From contig LSNK01000002.1 of assembly GCA_003056085.1 (NCBI GenBank), forward strand, positions 1-40,484: a DNA stretch of 40,484 nt, written 5' to 3'. Numbering within the stretch: the stretch's first letter is position 1; every line of letters starts with the position of its first letter. Shown here piece by piece: positions 23,969 through 32,199 of the stretch. Source of the DNA: Parcubacteria group bacterium M6-OD1-1. GTDB taxonomy: Bacteria > Patescibacteriota > Minisyncoccia > GWC2-36-17 > M10-OD1-4. Position numbers and translations under genes: made by a program. The notes under the pieces are model-generated. The model made no database searches. It was given only the letters and a program-made list of their open reading frames with translations, and was not told the origin of the DNA.

Positions 23969-24001
23969 AAATTTCCCATAGAACGATTCTATGGGAAATT
24001 T
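23969..24001. terminator. Bidirectional terminator between the convergent 23284 gene and mrdA
   Basis: aaatttcccatagaa cga ttctatgggaaattt with A/T tracts. Its arm shares CCCATAG with the 27-nt palindrome family. Confidence 0.7.
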
Positions 24002-24011
24002 TTTGGATTTT

Positions 24012-25940
24012 TTACTCCTTCTCTGTATCAGAATTTATTTTAAAATACTCTTTATAAACCTCTTTTGCGACAGGAACCGCAGCGGCCGACCCCTCTCCTC
24101 CTCTCTCTATTAAAATAGTAAGCACAATCTCCGGGTCATCATAAGGAGCAAATGAAGTAAACCAAGCATGAGTTTCATCTCCTCCAATTTGCGCTGTTCC
24201 GGTTTTTCCTGCAATCTTCACGGGTAAATTAGCTAACCTTCTTGCAGACCCCTCAGCAACCGCCATTCTCATCCCTTCTTTAACCGTTTGAATATTTTCT
24301 TTATCTATAAAATTATTTCTTATCTCTTTTGGTCTTGTTTTTAAAATTATATTTTGGTCTTTATCTTTTATTTCTTTTACCAAATAAGGCTTAAAAAGAG
24401 TTCCGTCATTTGCAATAACAGCGGTTGCCATCGCAAGCTGAAGCGGAGTTACCAATATATTTCCTTGCCCTATTGCGGAAATATAAGTATCGCCCGTATA
24501 CCAATCTTCTCCCTTTTTATATTTTTTCCATTCGGGATCCGGTATTAAGCCTGCTCCTTCTCCATTTATATCAATACCCGAAAGTTCACCAAAACCAAAA
24601 AGATTTAAATATTTTTTAATCCTTTTTATGCCAAGACCTTCTATTTCTCCATACCCGCCTCCTACTGTATAAAAAAACACATTGGAAGATACCGAAAGGG
24701 CGTCTTTTACAGATATTATGCCATGCCCGCCAACTTTCCAGTCTCTAAATGTATAAACAATATCCGGGTTATACTTGTTTTTAATAGCTATATACCCGAT
24801 GTCATTTATTGTTGTATTTTCTGAAATAACTTTTTCTTGAAGTCCGGCGGATGCGATAAAAGGCTTTATGGCAGACCCGGGAGGATATGTCCCGGAGATT
24901 GCCCTGTTAAATAAAGGATTATTTTTATCTTTTATGATCTTTCTATATTCATCTTTAGACCCCCCTTTTGAAAAAATATTATTATCATAAGAAGGCAAGC
25001 TTACCAGTGCCAAAATCTCCCCTGTTTTTGGATTTAATGCCACAGCAGAAGCCCCAGTTGCCGTATCAATCTTTTTCATTTGACTTTCTAACTTATCATA
25101 AATGTTTCTTTGCAAATCAGCATCAATAGAAAGTATTAAGTTGTTGCCAACCGTTTCATTTTTTACTTTTCTTTCTTTTTTAAGCCTTAAAACAGAATCA
25201 ACATACTGAACCACTCTGCCGTTAACTCCTCTTAAAACATCATCGTAAAAAAGCTCCAAATTTGACTTCCCTATATAGTCCAAAGAAGATAAATTTTTAT
25301 TTGAAGAAAGGTTGCTGCCAGAAACCTTGCCGACATACCCCAATATATGTGAAAAATATTTTCCATCTATATAATCTCTGGTAGAATTTTTCTTAATTTC
25401 AACACCCTCAAACTCATCAACTCGAGACTCCAAAAAAAGAGCTTCCTCTCTCTTTATGCTTTCTTTTATAAGAACGGGAGACAAAGAAACAAAGCCGACG
25501 CTCTTAAATTTATCCAAAAGCTTATCCTCCTCCAAATTAAATTGAACTGCCACCTTTTTTAGCTCCAACTCTCTTTTTAATTTATTTTTCGGTAAATTTG
25601 CAGGTATAGCAACCAAGTCAAAACTCGGAACATTATAAACCAACTGACTCATATTTCTGTCATAAATAACTCCTCTTTTTGCAAGTATCGGATAACTTCT
25701 TGTTTTATTGTTTTCCGCTAAGGTGGAATATTCTTTGTATTTAAAAACCTGAAACTGAGCTGAGCGCGCGACAAAAATACCAAAAATAAATAAAATAAAA
25801 ATAAAAAGGATTACAAATGCTTTTTTTTCAATAGGAGTTTCAAGTTTAGAGTCATCTAATTTTTCCGCAGAACGCTTATCCAAAAGAATCTCTTCAGGCT
25901 CTATCATAGTCGCGCGCGATTTTTTTATAAAATATTTCAT
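24012..25940 (-). CDS. mrdA: Penicillin-binding protein 2 (elongasome transpeptidase)
   Basis: N-terminal TM and dimerisation domain. Transpeptidase motifs are PGSAIKP (SxxK), SSN and KTGTA. It lies immediately downstream of mreBCD. Confidence 0.88.
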   Translation of the reverse strand: MKYFIKKSRATMIEPEEILLDKRSAEKLDDSKLETPIEKKAFVILFIFILFIFGIFVARSAQFQVFKYKEYSTLAENNKTRSYPILAKRGVIYDRNMSQLVYNVPSFDLVAIPANLPKNKLKRELELKKVAVQFNLEEDKLLDKFKSVGFVSLSPVLIKESIKREEALFLESRVDEFEGVEIKKNSTRDYIDGKYFSHILGYVGKVSGSNLSSNKNLSSLDYIGKSNLELFYDDVLRGVNGRVVQYVDSVLRLKKERKVKNETVGNNLILSIDADLQRNIYDKLESQMKKIDTATGASAVALNPKTGEILALVSLPSYDNNIFSKGGSKDEYRKIIKDKNNPLFNRAISGTYPPGSAIKPFIASAGLQEKVISENTTINDIGYIAIKNKYNPDIVYTFRDWKVGGHGIISVKDALSVSSNVFFYTVGGGYGEIEGLGIKRIKKYLNLFGFGELSGIDINGEGAGLIPDPEWKKYKKGEDWYTGDTYISAIGQGNILVTPLQLAMATAVIANDGTLFKPYLVKEIKDKDQNIILKTRPKEIRNNFIDKENIQTVKEGMRMAVAEGSARRLANLPVKIAGKTGTAQIGGDETHAWFTSFAPYDDPEIVLTILIERGGEGSAAAVPVAKEVYKEYFKINSDTEKE

Positions 25941-26431
25941 CTGACAAATTTACCCAAGGGAGAAATTAAAAATGCTAAAATTAAATTGTATAAAACTTCA
26001 ATAAGCATATTTTTTAAAAAGACCGGAGCTAAAACAATATTTAACTCTCCCTCCCCAAAAAAATTAAAAATACTTAAAAATATTATATTTAAAATATAAT
26101 AAGCGATTGTTCCAAAGACAACAATCGCAAAAAATATAAATATGTTTTCTCGCGATATAAAAGCATTAAGCATCATATTTGCGATAAATGCGAGAGAAAC
26201 AAATGTCAATGTAAAAATACCAAATGGCAAGCCGGAGAAAAAATCAAAAAGCAAGCCCAAAAAAACAGCGCTTAACATCATTTTTTTGTAATCTTTTAAA
26301 AAAAATATTAACAAAAAAAGAGTTATTAAGGGCAAGTTTGGCAATACTGAAAATACCTCTATTTTTTGCGCTAAAGAAGCTTGAAAAAAAACAACTAAGG
26401 CAAGGATTGTAAAAAATAAGAATTTTTTCAT
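25937..26431 (-). CDS. mreD: Rod shape-determining protein MreD
   Basis: 164-aa polytopic membrane protein with 4-nt overlaps to mreC and mrdA. Its position is the conserved one for mreD. Confidence 0.7.
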   Translation of the reverse strand: MKKFLFFTILALVVFFQASLAQKIEVFSVLPNLPLITLFLLIFFLKDYKKMMLSAVFLGLLFDFFSGLPFGIFTLTFVSLAFIANMMLNAFISRENIFIFFAIVVFGTIAYYILNIIFLSIFNFFGEGELNIVLAPVFLKNMLIEVLYNLILAFLISPLGKFVR

Positions 26432-27249
26432 CTTATAACAAAAGCCAATGTAAAATTAAGCGGCAAAAATGCAGGATTTAAATAAGCTTGTTTAAAAACG
26501 GCATTATCATCATCTTTTATGATATCAACCGTTCCAATTATTAAATTATCAGGATACACCCCGTCAAGACCGGAAGTTATTATCAAATCACCTTTTTTAA
26601 TATCAGATTTTTTCTCTATTAAATTCATAAAAAGGGATTTTCCAAAATATCCGTTTAAAACGCCTGTATAACTTGTTTTTTCAGACTCCTGACCATCTTT
26701 TTTGACAAAAGATTTAACATTCACCTTGTTATTTTTATCCGTTATCAAAAGAACATTAGAATAATTTTCATAAGCTTTAAACACCTTTCCAATCAATATA
26801 TTACCGGGCAATATAACCGGCATATCCTTTTTGATGCCGTCTTTTGAACCTTTATTTATAACCACAAATTCAGAAAAATTGCTCGGTTCAAAACTTACAA
26901 TTTTAACATCCAAAAGATTAAATGAACTTTTCTCACTTAAAGACAATTGGTTTCTTAGAAGTTTATTTTCTTTTTTTAAATTTTCCAATTCAATATTCTT
27001 TTTTGTAAGGTCTTCGTTTTTAGACCTTAAAACGGCATTTTCTTCTATTATGTCTTTTAAACTGAAAACTATCTTAAACCCATTCAAAAAAGTATCACCT
27101 ATGAAGAAAAAAGTTTTTTGCGGAATGTACGCAACATCAAATATTGCATCACGAAATTTCTCTCTTTGAAAAAAAAGACTTAAAAAAATCAGCAGCAATA
27201 CTATTGCCGCCAATATGCTAAAAATTTTAATTTTACTGTTTTTTTCCAT
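26428..27249 (-). CDS. mreC: Rod shape-determining protein MreC
   Basis: N-terminal TM, a coiled coil (LRSKNEDLTKKNIELENLKKENKLLRNQL) and a beta-rich C-terminal domain with GDLIITSGLDGVYP. Confidence 0.82.
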   Translation of the reverse strand: MEKNSKIKIFSILAAIVLLLIFLSLFFQREKFRDAIFDVAYIPQKTFFFIGDTFLNGFKIVFSLKDIIEENAVLRSKNEDLTKKNIELENLKKENKLLRNQLSLSEKSSFNLLDVKIVSFEPSNFSEFVVINKGSKDGIKKDMPVILPGNILIGKVFKAYENYSNVLLITDKNNKVNVKSFVKKDGQESEKTSYTGVLNGYFGKSLFMNLIEKKSDIKKGDLIITSGLDGVYPDNLIIGTVDIIKDDDNAVFKQAYLNPAFLPLNFTLAFVIR

Positions 27250-27299
27250 ATTGTAAGCACTGAATTTATTTTAATATTCTTCAAATTACAAAATAGATT

Positions 27300-28334
27300 C
27301 TATTGAGTTGATACTAAAACATCAGATAATTCATCTACATTTTCCAAAATAATTCCCGTTCCAATAACAACAGAAGCAAGTGAATCCTCGGCAATTCTTA
27401 CCGGAATTTTCGTTTCATCTTCAATTCTCTTATCAAGTCCGCGAAGCAAAGAACCTCCGCCCGTTAAAATAATCCCATTTTTTAAAAGATCGGCAACGAG
27501 TTCCGGCGGGGCAGATTCAACAGTCAACTTCACAGCGCTTACCAACGCATTAACAGAATGAGCAAGAGCTTTCCTTATCTCTTCATCGGAAACGATAATT
27601 TCTTTTGGAAGCCCTGAAACCAAATCTCTTCCCCGCATAGCGCTGTGCAAATTTTCTTCTTGAGGATACGCAGAACCGACAGCTATTTTTATTTCTTCCG
27701 CCGCCTTCTCGCCTATCAAAAGCTTATACTCATCACGAGCATACCTTATAATATCTTGATTTAACTTATCTCCCGCTATTTTCAAATTTTTTGCAACAAC
27801 AACGCCTCCCAAAGATATTATGGCAATATCTGTCGTACCTCCTCCTATATCAACAATCAAGTTTCCAACAGCTTCATTTATCGGCATTCTTGACCCGATA
27901 GCCGCCGCCATAGGCTCTTCAACCAAATAAACCTCTCTTGCGCCTGCATTTTTTGCGGCTTCATAAACCGCTCTTTTTTCAACTTCAGTAATCTGAGAAG
28001 GAATTCCTATAACAACTCTCGGTCTTGGAATTAAAGAAAAGGATTCTTTATGCACTTTGTCTATAAAATACTTGAGCATCTGCTCGGTAACTTCAAAATC
28101 AGAAATAACACCGTCAATTAAAGGCCTCACGGCAGTAATGTGCCCTGGTGTTCTGCCGACCATCTTTTTTGCTTCCGTGCCGATGGCTAAAACCTGACCG
28201 GTTTTTTGATTTATAGCAACAACAGAAGGCTCGTTTATCACAATACCCCGCCCACGAACATAAACAAGAGTATTTGCCGTACCCAAGTCTATCCCGACAT
28301 CTTTTGAAAAATAACCAAAAATTTTGTTTAACAT
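27300..28334 (-). CDS. mreB: Actin-like rod shape-determining protein MreB
   Basis: DLGTANTLVY, VIGIP, DIGGGTTDIA and ILTGGGSLLRGLD. 344 aa. Confidence 0.93.
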   Translation of the reverse strand: MLNKIFGYFSKDVGIDLGTANTLVYVRGRGIVINEPSVVAINQKTGQVLAIGTEAKKMVGRTPGHITAVRPLIDGVISDFEVTEQMLKYFIDKVHKESFSLIPRPRVVIGIPSQITEVEKRAVYEAAKNAGAREVYLVEEPMAAAIGSRMPINEAVGNLIVDIGGGTTDIAIISLGGVVVAKNLKIAGDKLNQDIIRYARDEYKLLIGEKAAEEIKIAVGSAYPQEENLHSAMRGRDLVSGLPKEIIVSDEEIRKALAHSVNALVSAVKLTVESAPPELVADLLKNGIILTGGGSLLRGLDKRIEDETKIPVRIAEDSLASVVIGTGIILENVDELSDVLVSTQ

Positions 28335-28340
28335 CTTATT

Positions 28341-28389
28341 TTAGAATTTTGAATATAAAATATAGAACTTAGAATTTAAAAAATTCTAA
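28341..28389. promoter_or_regulatory. Three copies of the 9-mer TTAGAATTT (two direct, one inverted) just upstream of mreB; operator-like
   Basis: ttagaattt occurs at 28341-28349 and 28369-28377, and aaattctaa at 28381-28389. The last two form a perfect 9-bp inverted repeat around aaa. Confidence 0.4.
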
Positions 28390-28486
28390 ACCTAAAAAAA
28401 CCGCTTTTTACGATAAAAGCATAGTATCACAATAAAAAAACAATTTCAATTCAGAAAATAAACTTACAAAGAGATAGTAAATGGTA

Positions 28487-28513
28487 AATCCCATAGGTGT
28501 CACCTATGGGATT
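28487..28513. repeat. 27-nt perfect palindrome, copy 1
   Basis: AATCCCATAGGTG T CACCTATGGGATT, 27 nt after the stop of the 28541-28894 gene. There is no U-tract on the minus strand. Confidence 0.9.
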
Positions 28514-28540
28514 ATCTTAATGGGAATGAAATTATCCTCA

Positions 28541-28894
28541 TTAATAAATCAAAGCTCCGGCAACCACCATAAGATTTACAATTTCCCAAAGGATAAAGCT
28601 TACAATAATTGTTTTATCTTTATGAGCAATACCATAAAAAATCCATGGGAGTGTAACAATCGACATAAGGATCCATGAAATCGCAGAAACGCCATCTGCT
28701 TGGCGTGTATGAAAAATCTGATATACCTGTGGGATAACGGTAAATGGACCAACTATTCCTGCGATAAATGTTATTTTATCAAGAGTAATTAGATATTTTG
28801 ATTGTGGCGGAAGTACAGGTGCAAGTCCTTTTTGACTCAATATCTCCTGTTCTTTTCTGATGCGTTTATGTTTTAAACCTGTATGTATATGCAT
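28541..28894 (-). CDS. SemiSWEET/PQ-loop-type small sugar transporter with a short N-terminal extension (putative)
   Basis: Three TM helices in the C-terminal 85 aa or so, with the PQ motif (FTVIPQVYQIF) and a YGI motif in TM3, as in bacterial SemiSWEETs. Confidence 0.6.
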   Translation of the reverse strand: MHIHTGLKHKRIRKEQEILSQKGLAPVLPPQSKYLITLDKITFIAGIVGPFTVIPQVYQIFHTRQADGVSAISWILMSIVTLPWIFYGIAHKDKTIIVSFILWEIVNLMVVAGALIY

Positions 28895-28954
28895 GAAAAG
28901 TAAAATATTTTATATAAATAATAACTCAAATTCTTATATATAAGAATAACACAC

Positions 28955-28981
28955 AATCCCATAGGTGACACCTATGGGATT
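28955..28981. repeat. 27-nt perfect palindrome, copy 2
   Basis: AATCCCATAGGTG A CACCTATGGGATT, 10 nt after the stop of the MazG-like gene. Confidence 0.9.
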
Positions 28982-28991
28982 TACTATAGTT

Positions 28992-29348
28992 TTATATTTT
29001 CTTCTTTGTTAAATTATTTTCAGAATTTTTATGATTATATTTCTCAAAAATTTCTTTTTTGACCAAATTAAATGCGTCTTCGATGTCCACTCCCAATTGA
29101 TTTGCAAGACGGCAAGTTCCAAAAAACAAATCGCCGATGCCATCAATAAAAATATCTTTATTTTCTTCAACAAATTTTTTACGCTCTTCTTCAGTTTTAT
29201 ATCTCAGGTGTTGAGACATCTCTATTAGTTCTTCGTGCAGATGATCGAACTTATCAATATTTGGAATATCTTTCCAATTATTACGCTCAGCAAAAAGTTT
29301 GAGAACTTTCTGAGCATCTTTTATTGTAGTGATCTGTTTTTCTTCCAT
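28992..29348 (-). CDS. MazG-like all-alpha nucleoside triphosphate pyrophosphohydrolase (putative)
   Basis: HLHEELIEMSQ (EExxE) plus IDGIGDLFFGTCRLANQLGVDIEDAF, which is the typical small MazG domain layout. 118 aa. Confidence 0.6.
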   Translation of the reverse strand: MEEKQITTIKDAQKVLKLFAERNNWKDIPNIDKFDHLHEELIEMSQHLRYKTEEERKKFVEENKDIFIDGIGDLFFGTCRLANQLGVDIEDAFNLVKKEIFEKYNHKNSENNLTKKKI

Positions 29349-29513
29349 TATAATTTAAATTAAAATTTTAATAACTATTTGTTTATAGTATACTAAATAT
29401 GGGTTTTAATATAGTGATTTATTTACCCTTCAACTTCTCCTCTAATATTTTTATCTCATCGCGGAGAATTGCGATGGTTTAAAAATCAAGGATAGCCTCA
29501 CCACCCTACCAAT

Positions 29514-29540
29514 AATCCCATAGGTGTCACCTGCGGGATT
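29514..29540. repeat. 27-nt palindrome, copy 3 (2 arm mismatches)
   Basis: AATCCCATAGGTG T CACCTGCGGGATT, 2 nt after the stop of the 29543-29944 gene. Confidence 0.85.
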
Positions 29541-29542
29541 CT

Positions 29543-29944
29543 TTATTTTTGCAGCTTATTTAAAAACCACCTACTATATTCTTCTGTTAAAGACCGAATC
29601 CAGTTTACTATCGACTTTTCTGAAAAAAACTTTTCAAATCTGTCATCGTTATATTTTTTATTATAGTGAAACGTAGCATTTCGATAATCTTTTAAGAATT
29701 GCTTATTTTTAGATTTTAATAATTTATCGATTTTAGGATCAGATAATTCTAATTTTTCCCAACATTCAATTAAGACATACATTAGCCCATACCAAAGTGA
29801 CATATACATCATAGATTCAATTTTGGTAATTTTTGTTTCTGGTTTTTGAATGCTCTGTTCGAAATGCACTCTCATCCTGTCTGCCCAAATATATTTGCGA
29901 TGCAAGGCTTGTATTTTTTGATTATTTGAAAAGTTTTTTCTCAT
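29543..29944 (-). CDS. Hypothetical 133-aa protein carrying an Rx4H (HEPN-like) motif
   Basis: The motif is RNATFH (DYRNATFHY), about two-thirds along a probably all-helical sequence. No other recognisable motif. Confidence 0.35.
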   Translation of the reverse strand: MRKNFSNNQKIQALHRKYIWADRMRVHFEQSIQKPETKITKIESMMYMSLWYGLMYVLIECWEKLELSDPKIDKLLKSKNKQFLKDYRNATFHYNKKYNDDRFEKFFSEKSIVNWIRSLTEEYSRWFLNKLQK

Positions 29945-30153
29945 TTTATTTAGTAAACCGAATTTATTTTCTCGAATTATTTAGACGAATTATTTCAGAC
30001 AACGCTCGTATATATCTGGTGTTTCGACCATAAGTTGATAATATTATGGATAAATATTTAGTGTTAGCCAAACGCGAACCAGATATACGCTATATCTGAC
30101 GTAATAATTCATTCTTAATTCTAACTAAAGGGAGGAATAAAATTAAGATTTTT

Positions 30154-30789
30154 TTATTTTAAGATAAATGAAGATGTAAATTCATTAAAGTAAGTATCGT
30201 TAATATTCATTGTAAAAGGATAGGACACTGATAAATTAATAGAGTCTCCATTTGCGATAAAGCTAATACCCTTGTTTCTAATTTTCATTCCATCGCTTGT
30301 GTATTCAATTAGATACTTTCGCGCAGGAAATCCTTTATATTCTTTAATTTGACTGGTGGTCACTTTTACATCATCCCCTAGTCCAATAATTTTACCTTTT
30401 ATAAAACTATTTAAGTAAGCGTTGATTGATTCAGTGCTATAAATTTCGGTATCTGTATAAGTAACACTATACTGGATAAAATTATCATTATCAGAAATGG
30501 AGAGCGATTTATAATGTGTAACAGGATAACTAGACAGATTAAAAGTGGTCACTTCTGGTTGTTCTGGAAATAAAATTTGGAACCCTTTTGACTTGTCGGT
30601 ATATAATTCAAATCCAGGTATTATTACTGGAGCGCTTGATTCTATGTTTATTTTTTCTATTGGCACATTGTTTTTTTGTATATCATTTAAGTAGAATTGT
30701 AAAATGATGTATGTAGTAGTAATTAAAAAAATAATTAATAATCCTTTTAATTTTTTATACCAAGGTTTTTCTTTTTGATTGCTTTCCAT
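30154..30789 (-). CDS. Hypothetical membrane-anchored extracytoplasmic protein
   Basis: One N-terminal TM (LLIIFLITTTYIILQFY) followed by a beta-rich domain of about 170 aa. No family recognised. Confidence 0.55.
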   Translation of the reverse strand: MESNQKEKPWYKKLKGLLIIFLITTTYIILQFYLNDIQKNNVPIEKINIESSAPVIIPGFELYTDKSKGFQILFPEQPEVTTFNLSSYPVTHYKSLSISDNDNFIQYSVTYTDTEIYSTESINAYLNSFIKGKIIGLGDDVKVTTSQIKEYKGFPARKYLIEYTSDGMKIRNKGISFIANGDSINLSVSYPFTMNINDTYFNEFTSSFILK

Positions 30790-30886
30790 ATTATTATGGT
30801 TAAAAATAAAAAGTTTTAATTTTTTGCCACGATAGTGACATAAAGATGAATTATTATTTCACACAACTCGTTTTCATCCTAACTTT

Positions 30887-32158
30887 TTACACTACACTTC
30901 CAACATCAGCCACCTTCACCATCTTACTTTCACTTTCATTTCTTTTTTTGACTTCCACTGAATCTTCTTTTAGAGTTTTTTCTGTTATGAGTATTCTTAT
31001 CGGAATACCTATAAGGTCTGCGTCTTTTAGTTTTTCTCCAAAGGAAGATTTTTCTCTATCGTCATAAAAAACATCAATTTCCTTTTCTTGAAAGTCTTTG
31101 TAAATCTTTTCCGCTGTTTTTATTATATTTTCATTTGCAGTCTCGTTTTTTGAATTAAGAACTATAAGATGCACCGTAAAAGGAGCAATATTTTCAGGCC
31201 AAATAATCCCATTTTCGTCGGAATTCAACTCAACCACGGCGCCCATAAGTCTTGTTGGACTCATCCCGTAGGACCCCATATAAACAAACTCTTCCTTCCC
31301 TTCTTTATTTTTGTAAGTTAAGTTAAATGCTTCTGAAAACCTATGCCCTAAAGAATATATATCTCCAACTTCTATGGATTTTACTTTTTTAAGTTCACTT
31401 TCTTTTAAATTCAGAGAAAAATCGGCTAAAATCTCATCGTTAAAATCGTCTTTGTTTATGGCGATTTTTTTCTCTTCATCAACAATATACACTTCATCTT
31501 CCCCCGCCTCAGAAAGCGTTTGAAACTCATAAGAATATTTGGAAAAAGACCCTCCTGACGAAATAGTTAAATATGTTTTTTCCCCCATGCCGAGCCTATC
31601 AAAAACCTTCATATATACATCTTTCATTTTTTCGTAAAATTCTTCATGTTCTTCTTTATTTTTTGAAAAAGAATAGAGGTCTTTCATTAAAAACTCTCTG
31701 CATCGCATAAGCCCCGACTTCGCTCTTTGTTCATTTCTAAATTTTGTTTGAATCTGATAAGCGTAAAACGGCAAATCTTTGTATGATGAAACAAAATTTT
31801 TCATTATTTTTGCAATAACCTCTTCATGGGTAAACCCCAAGCCCAACTCTGCCCCGCTTTTCAATTTTGTTTTAAACCAATTGTCCACCACATCGTCGCT
31901 CCATCTTCCGGTTTTTTCCCAAGTTGCTTTATCCTGCAAAACAGTCATTAACACTTCTTGTCCTCCTGCCCTATTCATTTCTTCCCTTATAATATTTTCA
32001 ATCTTTTTTAAAACTAAAAGCCCCAAAGGTAAAAAAGAATAAACTCCCGCCATTTCTTTATCTACAAAACCAGCTTTTATTAAAAGCTGGGCATTTTTTG
32101 ACACCTCATCTTTTGGAGCTTCTTTTCTTGTTTTTGTAAAAAGTTGACTTTGTTTCAT
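30887..32158 (-). CDS. proS: Prolyl-tRNA synthetase, short bacterial-type form without the INS editing domain
   Basis: N-terminus MKQSQLFTKT.KE.PKD....S..LL.KAG. Class II motifs are FRNE.RAKSGLMRCREFLMKD and GSYGMS. At 423 aa it is too short to contain the editing insertion of about 180 aa. Confidence 0.88.
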   Translation of the reverse strand: MKQSQLFTKTRKEAPKDEVSKNAQLLIKAGFVDKEMAGVYSFLPLGLLVLKKIENIIREEMNRAGGQEVLMTVLQDKATWEKTGRWSDDVVDNWFKTKLKSGAELGLGFTHEEVIAKIMKNFVSSYKDLPFYAYQIQTKFRNEQRAKSGLMRCREFLMKDLYSFSKNKEEHEEFYEKMKDVYMKVFDRLGMGEKTYLTISSGGSFSKYSYEFQTLSEAGEDEVYIVDEEKKIAINKDDFNDEILADFSLNLKESELKKVKSIEVGDIYSLGHRFSEAFNLTYKNKEGKEEFVYMGSYGMSPTRLMGAVVELNSDENGIIWPENIAPFTVHLIVLNSKNETANENIIKTAEKIYKDFQEKEIDVFYDDREKSSFGEKLKDADLIGIPIRILITEKTLKEDSVEVKKRNESESKMVKVADVGSVV

Positions 32159-32199
32159 ATTATATTAGCTTGTAATTTTTTAAGTAAAACTTTCAAATC

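Noticed and set aside
29349-29513. Possible gene remnant ending ...TIAILRDEIKILEEKLKGK* on the minus strand upstream of the MazG-like gene
   Set aside because: Only about 19 codons are open after an in-frame stop and there is no start codon. This is not enough to call a feature.
28487-29540. The repeated 27-nt palindromes as a CRISPR array
   Set aside because: There are only three copies, spaced 468 and 559 bp apart, with full genes between them. The repeats are perfect palindromes rather than typical CRISPR repeats. No cas genes are present.
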